From a virus, in the IMG/VR virus record IMGVR_UViG_3300027498_000003, positions 1 to 60,636 of that record: a stretch of DNA of 60,636 nucleotides; one strand, given 5' to 3'. Positions 40,356-50,771 of this stretch are shown piece after piece; the first letter of the stretch is position 1; each line of letters starts with the position of its first letter. The translations under genes were made by a program, and so were the position numbers. The notes under the pieces are model-generated. The model searched no databases. It saw only the letters and a list, made by a program, of their open reading frames with translations, and had not been told where the DNA came from.

Positions 40356-43157
40356 ATGTATATAATAACAGAAAGACCTGAGTATTTTAAAGAGATAGGG
40401 TGGGATAACTTTGCCGAGACATCTGATGTTTACGATCATTTCGAAGGAAAGGATGGGGTAGAGTTTGATATAGAGACGAACGGCTTAGGCTTTATGTTTT
40501 CTAAGATATGGTGCACTCAGTTCGGGGATTTTGATGAGCAGTTCATTGTGGACATACCTACTATCAATATCTTAGAGTATAAGAAGCTTTTAACTGAGAA
40601 AGAGATATTCATCCATAAATCGGATTTTGAGCTACCTTTTATGTACGCTTGTGGTATCATTATACCTATGGATAATGTTAGGGATACCTTTCCTTCTGAG
40701 AAGTCGTTAACTTTAGGTAAATTGGAGGAGAAGAACTCGCTGGCGGCGTGTGTTAAGAAGTACTTTGACATAGAGCTGTCTAAAGATGAGCAGCTTACTA
40801 TTATAGATACTGGGTTAGATAGATTAGAACATATAGAATACTCTGGGTTAGATGTTAAGTATTTGCAAAAGATATATGACGCACAGACCCCTCTCCTCGC
40901 GGCGCAAGGGCTTAATACTCGGGAGATCGATAATAAATTTACTTCCCCTATGTCTTATATAGAATACTGTGGGATGTATCGAGATCCAGATAAAGTTTAT
41001 CAATTAGTTAGAGATATAGAATATGAAGAGTGGGGTGCATTAAAAGCTTTGAATAAATATTTCGAAGATAATTACCCGGATCTTAGGGAGGAATTCCCTA
41101 ATCTCAACTGGGCGAGCTCTAAACAAGTTGCAGAGGCATTTAAAATTATGGGCATAGATGTACAGAAGAAAGATAAAGAGACTGTAGACATAAAACACCT
41201 AAAGCCCCAGTCGGAGGAGTTTCCTATAATTCAAAAGCTTATAGATTATAAAGGCGCCAATAAGTTGGTAACTACTTATGGCCGATCGTGGGATGAGTAT
41301 GTTATGTCTGATAAAAGAATACATACCAAGTACCGCGCATTGGTAGATACCGGAAGAACAGCTTCAGGGGATACAAGGAAGAAAGCCGGGAGAAAGCATG
41401 ATCTAAAACCTTTCCCTAATTGCCTATCTATTGATACTCAAGTTTTAACTAAGGAAGGTTGGAAGTTTCATAATGAATTGAAGGAAGATGATATTGTCGC
41501 GGCCTGGGACTATGAGATCTTTTGGGAAACCCCTACTAACTATATATTTAAAGAAGATCAAGAGTGTGTTAGATTGCACAGCAAACACTTGTTGGATATA
41601 GTAAGTACTGCTGATCACCGAACTCTCCTTTACCATTCTAAAAAGGGAAAATATCTAACACTGCCCGCGAAAGATGCGCTGAATAAAAAGAAGGAATGGT
41701 CTATAAAGAATGCTTGTGAATTATTATATAACAACAATGTTGCTGAGTATTCTAATGCTTTCATTAAAGTATCTGTGTCTATGAGGAGACTGGGATACTG
41801 GAATAACGGATTCACTATACAGATTCTCGGGAAAGAAGATTTGGATTTAGAGCAACAATTCTTAGATGCTGAATTGCCATACTCCAAAGCCATTTCAACA
41901 AATAAGAAGTTAGGTCAGACTTTTGTCAACTATAAAGTAGAAGAAAACGATCTGATTCGAGGTACGTGCTTTACGGGGGCTAAGTATGGATACGAGCTAC
42001 TTGATATGAGCATGGTCAATAGAAGGGTATTCATAGACGAGATAAGAAGTTGGCTAATCTTTAACGGTTCTGCTTACTGGCAAGATGAAGCAGACGTTAT
42101 ACAGGCCGTAGCTTGTACCGTGGGCGTGAGGTGTTATCAAAGAGAAATAAAGGGCGAGCCTCGGATGGTTTCCTTGACCTTTGAAGATAACGAATACTCT
42201 TTACTGAAGTATAGTAGTATATCTCCCGTAGAAAATCAGGATGTATGGTGCATAGAGGTACCCTCAGAGTATTTCTTGGCCCGCCGCAATGGGAAGACAT
42301 TCATCACAGGTAATTGCCAGAATATACCCAAAGAAGAGAGGTTTAGAAGCGTAGTGGTAGGACAGGGGCCTAATCATATTATAACAGCTGATTATTCTGG
42401 GCAAGAATCTGTGATACTTGCAGATATAAGCGAGGATCCTGATTTATTAGCTTTCTACAGAAGTGGCGAGGCGGACCTGCACTCTTTTACTGCTCAGAAG
42501 ATGTACCCGGATAAATTAGATGGTATGGTCTTATCTGAGATCAAATCGAATTTCGGGGATCTAAGACAGTCAGCTAAAGAAATTAACTTCCTACTTGCCT
42601 ATGGAGGTACTGTATGGGGGTTAGCAGATAAGCTAGGGACAACCAAGGAAGCAGCCCAAGCACTTCTGGATCTTTACTTTGAGAAATTCGGAGGACTTAA
42701 AGCCTTCTTCGACGAACAAAGATTAGAAGCTATCAGAAAGGGCCACATACTTATACCAAGTAAGTACGGCAGGAAAAGATACGTAAGTAATTATGCGGAG
42801 CTCAAAGATCAGATTGCAAATAAGAAAAGCTTATCATGGCCAGAGCAACGTAAGTTAGAGTCAGTGCTGGGGCAATTAGAAAGGCTGTCACTCAATACTC
42901 CCATTCAAGGATTAGCCAGTGAAGTTACGAAAACAGCTATGATCTATATGTATGAGGAGATCATAAAAAGAAAATGGTTTGGTAAAGTTAAGATGATCAA
43001 TATGGTCCATGATGAGATTGTATTAGAGGCTCATCAGAAGACCTGCCCTAAGGTTGCCCCTATTCTTGAGGAGTGTATGATAAGGGCTGGCGACGACTTA
43101 TTGAATCATCTTAGTTTGAAAGTAGATGTAGTCATTAAAAAAGAATGGAGTAAATAA
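40356..43157 (+). CDS. Family A DNA polymerase with 3'-5' exonuclease, intein-containing
   Basis: ExoI FDIET, DTGRTAS, motif A ADYSGQE, motif B RQSAKEINF..YG, NTPIQG, motif C VHDEIV. Confidence 0.93.
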   Translation: MYIITERPEYFKEIGWDNFAETSDVYDHFEGKDGVEFDIETNGLGFMFSKIWCTQFGDFDEQFIVDIPTINILEYKKLLTEKEIFIHKSDFELPFMYACGIIIPMDNVRDTFPSEKSLTLGKLEEKNSLAACVKKYFDIELSKDEQLTIIDTGLDRLEHIEYSGLDVKYLQKIYDAQTPLLAAQGLNTREIDNKFTSPMSYIEYCGMYRDPDKVYQLVRDIEYEEWGALKALNKYFEDNYPDLREEFPNLNWASSKQVAEAFKIMGIDVQKKDKETVDIKHLKPQSEEFPIIQKLIDYKGANKLVTTYGRSWDEYVMSDKRIHTKYRALVDTGRTASGDTRKKAGRKHDLKPFPNCLSIDTQVLTKEGWKFHNELKEDDIVAAWDYEIFWETPTNYIFKEDQECVRLHSKHLLDIVSTADHRTLLYHSKKGKYLTLPAKDALNKKKEWSIKNACELLYNNNVAEYSNAFIKVSVSMRRLGYWNNGFTIQILGKEDLDLEQQFLDAELPYSKAISTNKKLGQTFVNYKVEENDLIRGTCFTGAKYGYELLDMSMVNRRVFIDEIRSWLIFNGSAYWQDEADVIQAVACTVGVRCYQREIKGEPRMVSLTFEDNEYSLLKYSSISPVENQDVWCIEVPSEYFLARRNGKTFITGNCQNIPKEERFRSVVVGQGPNHIITADYSGQESVILADISEDPDLLAFYRSGEADLHSFTAQKMYPDKLDGMVLSEIKSNFGDLRQSAKEINFLLAYGGTVWGLADKLGTTKEAAQALLDLYFEKFGGLKAFFDEQRLEAIRKGHILIPSKYGRKRYVSNYAELKDQIANKKSLSWPEQRKLESVLGQLERLSLNTPIQGLASEVTKTAMIYMYEEIIKRKWFGKVKMINMVHDEIVLEAHQKTCPKVAPILEECMIRAGDDLLNHLSLKVDVVIKKEWSK
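41421..42314 (+). mobile_element. Intein in the DNA polymerase (298 aa)
   Basis: FPN|CLSIDTQVLTKEGW..STADHR..VWCIEVPSEYFLARRNGKTFITGN|CQNIP. Confidence 0.9.
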
Positions 43158-43160
43158 ATT

Positions 43161-44880
43161 ATGCAATACAAAATAGCAAATAAGAATAATCGATTAAGAG
43201 TTACTGATGGTAATAGAATGTATTTCATTAGGAATTGGGATCAGGTTAAATCTAAGGTTAAAGAGGGAGATGAGGTTAGCGGGGATTTAATAAATCATGG
43301 CAAGAATAATATGGTTGATTTTGATATTAAGAAATCATTCTTTATAAGGAAATGTAACGGAATTAAAATTGCAGGTAAATAATATACTTATGGACAAAAT
43401 AGTAACCTACCAAGAGCTAAAAGAGGAGAGTTTAATGTCCAGCTTTTTAGATTTAGTATTAAGGGTTAATAACTACGGGAGCCCCTCGCGGCAAGACATA
43501 ATTTCTAAAAAAGAAGTGCTGAATAATTATGGACGAGACAAGTACACTGAAGAAGAGATTGAATTAATTAAAACTACTTTTAAATTATGAGCAAAAGAAG
43601 TTTAAATAGCTATCTGAAACGTATAGAAGAAAGTTTCAAAGATTACAAAACCATGAACGAAGAGATAGATAAATACGAATACGCAAGTATGTGCTTATTT
43701 GATTTCACTACCTATGATGGTGAGATGGATAAATTGTTTTGCACTAAGATGTCTGAGGTAATGGCAGCCATACTGTCTAATAAAACATATGACTACATAG
43801 ATAATGAAGACAACTATCTAAATTATATGTATATGATAAATATGCCTTTCCTCGTTGAGACTATTGATTGGGGGACATCTGTAAGAGGTGCTTGGATAGA
43901 TTTACCTGTTGGCAATACTTTTAGAACTCAAATTGTAGGAGATATCTGGACTACTAAACATTTGGAGGATTACTGGGGAGCTATTATTAAATTCTTAAAT
44001 AAATAAATTATGGATAAAGCTAAGAAGTATATAAAAGATAATAGATACAGAAGCTATGTTGGGGATGTTAAAAACGAAGACATACAAATAGCAATAAAGA
44101 TAGCCTACTTAACAGGTGCTATAGATGCATGCAAAGTGGATTTATCTATTTCTGATATGAAAGAGGCTCAGCAAGAATTACAAAAACTATTAAATACTAG
44201 AAGATGAAATTTATATTTACAATAATATTATGCTGTTCAGCGGCTTTTCTACTTGATCAATACGTAAAAGGAGCTTATGCAGACATACTTCCTATCTGGT
44301 TCCCGTTAGCTGGAGCTTTAGTAAACATATTCTCTATACTGGAAATACTGAAAGATGAAAACTGATTTAATATCCCCTGAAGAAAGGGAAAAAGCTATGA
44401 TAGGGCTTCAGACTGCTATAGAGGCTACAATAACACATGATATGGAAGATCCTTATTGGGAAACAACCCCAAGTGGTACGGGGGCGTATGATGGCGCATT
44501 AGAGCCTATACTTGTAGCTATAGTGCAAGGAGTTACGCAGGGCGCGATGGCAGTTATGGACTTAATGACCCCAGAAGAAAAATTAAAATACATGAAAAAT
44601 ATGTTTGAAAATGAATAAGAGACCATTTAAAAATGCTGATGAAGCCTATGCTGTTTTCTTCAAGATGGAAGCGGTGTATGAGAGTTGCGAAACTCCGGAG
44701 CAGAGGGAGGGTGCTATGAGATATTTCAGGCTTATGATGAAGAAGTTCTCATTTCCTAATACCCCGAGCATGCCTTTCTATATAGCACACCTTCTATCGC
44801 ATGTGGATCTACATGCGTATATCACATTAACAGAGTTAGATACTATCGAACAAGAATTATATGGCCATTTCGGTAGATAA
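43161..44880 (+). other. Small hypothetical genes (43161-43382, 43369-43590, 43587-44006, 44010-44207, 44355-44618, 44605-44880)
   Basis: Packed co-oriented ORFs. Confidence 0.6.
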
Positions 44881-44898
44881 ACATTTTTCAAACACATT

Positions 44899-45810
44899 AT
44901 GATTATAGACATTAAAGAGGATCCTTGGGAAGAGGATGACGAGGAGATTGCCGGGGAATTGATCACGGCGGATAGTATAGAATTTGAGTCTAAGTATGAC
45001 GAGGATAATTTACCTCCTCATATACAGCAGATGTTATCTGGGAAGTTTGATGTTAATAAGCCTCCTAAGGAATTACTTAATCCTGTATTGACACATAACT
45101 TCTCTCCGGGGCAGACGAGGGATTCTGATTTAGCTGGTAGGGGGGATATAGTTGTTATAGGTGGCGGAGACGGCGCGGGAAAGACGGCTCTTATGGGGGC
45201 CATAATATCCTCTGCTTTCACTAGTAAGCTAAAGTATACCTTTGGATTCAAGCTCAATCTTAATCCAGGTAATATGATGATTCATATCGATACTGAACAG
45301 GGCGGTAGAAGTTATTACAACTACAATAAAAGGCTTGCAAAAACAAGTGGATATGAACAGGGTAATCTACCTAATTTCTTATCTTACCCTCTCGCCTCTT
45401 TGGACTTTGATCAGCGTGTAGATGCTATTGAGTACTTAGTACTTAAGCATAGTAAGAAATTAGATGTATTGGTTATCGACGGCGCGTTGGATTTAGTGGT
45501 AAATATGAATGATACCGACTCCTGCGCTTTATTGCTGCAGCGAATGTTGGATTGGAAGGAAATAGCAGACTGCACTATAATTATAATGATGCACATGCCT
45601 AAAGGGATGCAGGACTCTGAGATACTAATAGGCACGTTAGGTAGCTTCTTATCAAGAAAAGCTACCACTATAATGGGAGTCTATCATATTGCAGAAGCAG
45701 GGATGAAGAAAGTGAAGTTGATCAAAGATCGGATCGGGGATAAGTTACCTACAATAGAATTCTATTTTGATAAAAAAGAAAAAGTACCAATCTTAAATAA
45801 AATAACATAA
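44899..45810 (+). CDS. RecA-fold (AAA_25/SF4-like) ATPase, probable replicative helicase domain
   Basis: Walker A GGDGAGKT, HIDTEQG, Walker B LVIDG, MMH, GTLGSFL.RKA. Confidence 0.75.
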   Translation: MIIDIKEDPWEEDDEEIAGELITADSIEFESKYDEDNLPPHIQQMLSGKFDVNKPPKELLNPVLTHNFSPGQTRDSDLAGRGDIVVIGGGDGAGKTALMGAIISSAFTSKLKYTFGFKLNLNPGNMMIHIDTEQGGRSYYNYNKRLAKTSGYEQGNLPNFLSYPLASLDFDQRVDAIEYLVLKHSKKLDVLVIDGALDLVVNMNDTDSCALLLQRMLDWKEIADCTIIIMMHMPKGMQDSEILIGTLGSFLSRKATTIMGVYHIAEAGMKKVKLIKDRIGDKLPTIEFYFDKKEKVPILNKIT

Positions 45811-46119
45811 CTATGGAAAAAATTGATTTAAATAATATTACTGTTCAAGTAACCGACAACTCTGCTTTGAGCATAAAGAGAGGGCTGAATGCCCCTCAAA
45901 TTATGACATTAGAACGATGTATGAGGGGCGCAGTTACTAATTATATAAATTTTAGTGAATGGAAAAAAGATCACGAAATTTCTGTAATTACAGAAGCAGA
46001 TAATGAATTTTTACTTGAGGCTTATGAGCAACGAAAAGCTGAGATTACTGACATTGAGAGACAAGCAAGATATGAGACCTATTTAAAACTTAAAAAAGTA
46101 TTTGAAAATAATGAAATAG

Positions 46120-47124
46120 ATGGATAGACAGTTTTTTGATAATGTGATTATTACGGATATCCGGAAGGAGTCCAAGCAGCCTACAGAGTGGCATCATTAT
46201 ATCGTAGATTTTGAATACGAAGATGAGGTGTATAAGAAGCAGACCATAGGTATACGGCCGGCTATGGTTAAGAAAGGTGAACAACTTACCGAGGGCCAAG
46301 AAGTTAATTTAATTCAATCTGTCCATGGTATATGGATTTACAAGGATTCTAATTATATTAGCGAAACCGAGAAGAGAACTCTCGAAGAAACAGTAGAAAA
46401 AATTACTAATAAACGTAACAATTCAGAAATTATGGCAGAAACAATTACTGGGGTACTCAGTGACCTCACTTACAAAGCCCCCAAAGCGGGCAGCACCAGC
46501 AAATACCATCGATATGAGGGTAAAATTAATGGTGACAATATCAAAGTCGATGCTCCTAAAAAGCAGGGGGCGACGGGATTTGTATTCTCTAATGAGAATG
46601 ATAAAGATATCATTGAGAATGGCATGAAAGTAACTTTAGCAGTTACCGATTGGGGGTACGTTTTAGATGTCGATAACCTGCCTAAGAAGGGCGGCGACAT
46701 CAAAAGCTCTAAGTCATCCAGCGATAATAAGACAGTTACTATTACTGTAGATGAAATTGAACTTGTTAGAAAGGACAAGGACGGTAAAGACCAGTATCTT
46801 ATAGAAAATGAAGACCACGGGGATATCTGGATCTTTAAGACTGCGGGCAATGATGTTGGTATCAAATCTGGGCAGACAGTTGAGTTAGAGATATTCCAGC
46901 ATGGCGGGAAGCAGAAAGGTAAGTTAGTAGAGAAAGAGAAGAAGTCTTCTGGAGGCGGAGGCAGCTACGGCGGTGGTGATCAGACCTCTTTTACATACAC
47001 TGCTGGAAGTGCTGCAACTATAGTAGCCGCGCACAAAGGTGACATAGATGATCTCAAGGACAAACTTAAGGTCTGGGAAGATGCTGTGGTTTCCTCTCAT
47101 AAAAGGTTCTTAAATGAGCTCTGA
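46120..47124 (+). CDS. Probable ssDNA-binding / multi-OB-fold protein
   Basis: Repeated beta-rich segments ending in G..V.L, Gly-rich linker, position in the replication module. Confidence 0.4.
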   Translation: MDRQFFDNVIITDIRKESKQPTEWHHYIVDFEYEDEVYKKQTIGIRPAMVKKGEQLTEGQEVNLIQSVHGIWIYKDSNYISETEKRTLEETVEKITNKRNNSEIMAETITGVLSDLTYKAPKAGSTSKYHRYEGKINGDNIKVDAPKKQGATGFVFSNENDKDIIENGMKVTLAVTDWGYVLDVDNLPKKGGDIKSSKSSSDNKTVTITVDEIELVRKDKDGKDQYLIENEDHGDIWIFKTAGNDVGIKSGQTVELEIFQHGGKQKGKLVEKEKKSSGGGGSYGGGDQTSFTYTAGSAATIVAAHKGDIDDLKDKLKVWEDAVVSSHKRFLNEL

Positions 47125-47533
47125 ATCAATCGAAGCTAAATTAGCTGAGATAGTAGCCAATCAAGGCTCTATTACCGACGAAAAAGCCCTGCGTGACGTG
47201 CGTAGGGCTCTTCGTGATTACCTACTTAAGCTTACTCAACCTTTAAAGAGTTCATGGCTAAACATAGGAGTAGGAGAAGCAGAACACAAAGAAGCACTTA
47301 ATACCGCTTTACTTGATATAAAAGATAGAAAAAAAAAGAAGGAAAAAGGGTACAAAGATCTAACTGTCGATGATATTAGAGCTACTGCTTACATAGATAC
47401 ATTAGACTCTTATAAAGAGTTGGAAGAAAAGAAAGCCGAGCATAGGGCTATATTACATTTAATTAAGGTTGGATTTTTGGCGGATAACTCTATTGCATCT
47501 GATCTTAATGCAGCTAAAAATGATAGGGGATGA
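47114..47533 (+). CDS. Coiled-coil protein, possibly UvsY-like mediator
   Basis: Helical, LTVDDIRA..Y pattern, near RecA/UvsX. Confidence 0.3.
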   Translation: MSSESIEAKLAEIVANQGSITDEKALRDVRRALRDYLLKLTQPLKSSWLNIGVGEAEHKEALNTALLDIKDRKKKKEKGYKDLTVDDIRATAYIDTLDSYKELEEKKAEHRAILHLIKVGFLADNSIASDLNAAKNDRG

Positions 47534-47928
47534 TTACTAAAGGCGACGGATGGGAGCTATTTACCTTCAACATCGGTGAAGGTAATCCCAATATTAAACC
47601 AATACAACCACCTAAAATTTTAAAAATGGCAAAACTTAAATTTCTTAAAGGCGATAAAGAGCTTGATCCTAAAGATTACGAAAGTGCGGGGGACATGATT
47701 AAAAAGAAGACAGTACTATAACTGTTGTGGAAAGATCTATAGAGCAAATAACTCCTAAATTTGCCGCAGATGAAATGATTGGGCTTCGTCGAACTATGGA
47801 TATATTAGATTTCTATTACTCTTACTGTATGAGTAATTTAGGTCTTACTCATGTAGAGGTATTTCGTAAGTGTGTAACAAAGTATGGAGCTACGGAATTA
47901 TTTGAAGCATTTAATATGAATAAATAAT

Positions 47929-48198
47929 ATGGTATATGTAGATACATTAGATAAACCTTATATGAGCATGCTTATGTCTCATATGGTGGCAGATACAAGA
48001 AAAGAGCTTATCGATATGGCTGATAAAATCGGCATTAAAGAGAGGTGGATTCAGAATTACGGAAAAGCGAAAGAGCACTTTGATGTGTCTAAAGTTAAAA
48101 AAGAGATGGCTATAAAGCACGGAGCAAAGCTTGTTAGCCCTAAAGAGATAGTTAGAATTATTAATAACAGAGATTTGATAAAATATCAAGAAGGATGA
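47929..48198 (+). CDS. DUF4031 family protein
   Basis: MVYVD, MSHMVADT..EL, IG..WIQ, HFDV, AI..GA. Confidence 0.85.
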   Translation: MVYVDTLDKPYMSMLMSHMVADTRKELIDMADKIGIKERWIQNYGKAKEHFDVSKVKKEMAIKHGAKLVSPKEIVRIINNRDLIKYQEG

Positions 48199-48674
48199 AT
48201 CTTAAGAGTTTAGCGGATTGGGGGCATAGACAGTTTAGGATAATGCTGGCAGCGGATGAGGATGGGATGATTAGATGCTTCATATCCGGTAAGAAATACC
48301 CTATAGATAAGATACAGTTAGCTCACTATAAAGATCGCTCCTGCAATGCTCTTAGATATCATATGAAGAATACGCAGCTGATTAGCAAGAAGTCTAATGT
48401 GTTTGATGCTAATGAATATGTAGATGGGGAAAGTATTCATCACCGCGATTTCAGGCTGAAGCTGATCGAGGTGTTCGGGGAAGATATTATTCCTTGGTTA
48501 GATCTTAAGAGTCAGAAGATAGAGCAACTTACTCACTACGAATTGGAGCAGAAAATAAAAGGCTATCTATTAGCCATAAAACAAGAGATGGATCATAATA
48601 AAAACATACATCCTTCTATAATTAAATCATTAAAAAAATACCTGAATGCCAGCAAAGAAATCGTCAGTACCTAA
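48195..48674 (+). CDS. NinG/Rap-like recombination nuclease
   Basis: CFISG, QLAHY..RS..LRY..KN, FRLKLIE.FGE..I.WL. Confidence 0.7.
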   Translation: MNLKSLADWGHRQFRIMLAADEDGMIRCFISGKKYPIDKIQLAHYKDRSCNALRYHMKNTQLISKKSNVFDANEYVDGESIHHRDFRLKLIEVFGEDIIPWLDLKSQKIEQLTHYELEQKIKGYLLAIKQEMDHNKNIHPSIIKSLKKYLNASKEIVST

Positions 48675-49749
48675 GGAGGTGCAAGCTTTAATGAAAGATA
48701 TCACTAAGAAATGGAAGACTTCTAAAGTGCATAATTTCGCCGCAGATCCTATTGAATTTGAAGTGACCGCTACGGGTAGACCTACTGTTGACTTCGTTAC
48801 TAATGGTGGATTTAAGCGGGGATCTATCTCTTTAATCGGCGGAGTTCGCAGCAGTGGGAAAACGATGCTTGCTTTTCAGGGAGGTAAAAAGATTATAGAC
48901 TTGGATCCTAAATACAGAATAGCTTATGTAGATTCTGAGCATAGTGTAGATAATAATCACCTAATAAACATGGGGATTGACCCTGGTAAGGTTGAAAGAT
49001 ACGATTTCGAAACTTTGGAAGATGCTATCGACGCCATGACTCAGGCTATTATGCCCTCGGGGCTATACCCTGTTATTATCTGGGATTCTCCTTATAATAT
49101 GATGTCTGTGGAGCAGTCGGGTAAAACTGCTAAAGATCGCTCGCGGGCGAACATGGCTTTGGTACTCTCTGTGGAAGCTAAAAGATTAAGTAGAGCTGCC
49201 AATATTACTAATACGTCCCTTATTATCTGCGCTCACGTAAGTCAGAATCAAGAAAGATTAACTAAGTATGACCCAAGATTCTATATCGCCGGGGGAGAGA
49301 GGTTGATGCATAACTGTGATCTCATCCTTATGATGTTCCCATTAGCTAAGGCTAAAGGGGATAAGAATGAGTGGGGCTATGACTCTATTATAGGCCGTAA
49401 AGTTAAGATTGTGTGTGAGAAGTGTAAGTACGGGCCGGATTGGAAGGTAGGCACTTTGATACGCTTGCATGAGGGCGGATTCGATATTACTGAGGATGTA
49501 TTCTATACAGGGTCTAAGTTTGGTATTATAGAAGGAGAGAGGACCAGGATGTACGGAGATCTAAAGTTAGGAGGATCGCGGGATAAGGCTGTCGCTTTTA
49601 TGAAAGCTAACCCTGATACGACTGAGGATATTCGTAAAGCTATTGATCAACATTACATTGATAATGAAATGGTCTATACTACTGATATTAATGCTTCATT
49701 CATTACGGATGAAGATTTAGAAGAATCTAAAAAAGAAGATGATGAGTAA
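48646..49749 (+). CDS. RecA/UvsX-like recombinase
   Basis: TGRPTVD..GG..RG, GVRSSGKT, YVDSEHS, IIWDS, GGERL.H. Confidence 0.88.
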   Translation: MPAKKSSVPKEVQALMKDITKKWKTSKVHNFAADPIEFEVTATGRPTVDFVTNGGFKRGSISLIGGVRSSGKTMLAFQGGKKIIDLDPKYRIAYVDSEHSVDNNHLINMGIDPGKVERYDFETLEDAIDAMTQAIMPSGLYPVIIWDSPYNMMSVEQSGKTAKDRSRANMALVLSVEAKRLSRAANITNTSLIICAHVSQNQERLTKYDPRFYIAGGERLMHNCDLILMMFPLAKAKGDKNEWGYDSIIGRKVKIVCEKCKYGPDWKVGTLIRLHEGGFDITEDVFYTGSKFGIIEGERTRMYGDLKLGGSRDKAVAFMKANPDTTEDIRKAIDQHYIDNEMVYTTDINASFITDEDLEESKKEDDE

Positions 49750-50657
49750 CAAGCACGATTGGGCTAACAAAGGCTTAGATAATATTATATCCGATTTGAA
49801 AGATGCGTGGGGAAATATACAGCTCAGAAGTCGCAAATTCAATATGATCGGAACTCATAGTGATGTTATTTTAATGAATAAATGGATTAAAGAGAAGTTC
49901 GGCGGTGTATGGACGGATGAAGATCAGTTAAAAGCAGAAGCTAATACTAAGCCCGGCGTATATGATATGAGCGAAGGTACTGTTAAGTATTTAGGCTTCT
50001 ATGCTGACGAAGCCCAAAACGATGGTTGGTACGGAGCTCAGTATACTTTAGGGGGAGAAGAGAGGTATGAGACATACTATGTCAAAGATGGATGGGTCTC
50101 TGCAAATTCAATAAAAGACTTAACTAAAGAGGAATTTGAAAAAGCTAAAAAAGAAATATTATGAATAAATTTTTACGATGGCTTGTCCGTAAGAAGAGAA
50201 AGTTTTTCTGCAAGCATAAATTTAAGCATACCGGACCTTTGTCCGTAAAGGATATCAATACTGGCAGAGGGTTTATTATCTATAAGAAGACTTGTGAAAT
50301 ATGTGGCTACAGTGAATTGTATATACCTATTTAAAAAAACTAAATAATGAGCAGCAAAGTACATATAGAAAATTTTATTCCAAGACTTCTCGGGGAAGAG
50401 CTGACTGTATATGAAATGCGCGAGATAGCTAACCTCAAAAAAAAAGGAAAATAATGAGTAATAAAGAGATTACAGAACAGAGATCAGAAGAAAGGGCAAA
50501 AATAATGGAATTAGCAGCTAAGCTCTCTGACGATGGGTCTAATTGGGAAAGCAAAGAAGACCATATATACGCAGAATTGGCACGTCAAAGACTTATGATC
50601 GATAGGATTACAGAAGCCGTGGATCGCCTTGTAAGTTTAGTAACGCCGAGGCTATGA
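49739..50657 (+). other. Hypothetical genes (49739-50164, 50454-50657)
   Basis: ORFs in the operon. Confidence 0.55.
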
Positions 50658-50771
50658 TTTTAGCTTTAAATTTTAGAGAGAAAATACCTAAAGGATTTGA
50701 AGTACTTAATAACCCTAACTACAAGTACGGGCATGGGTTTGTTTTAGCAAACTATGCCATAAATTACCTAA

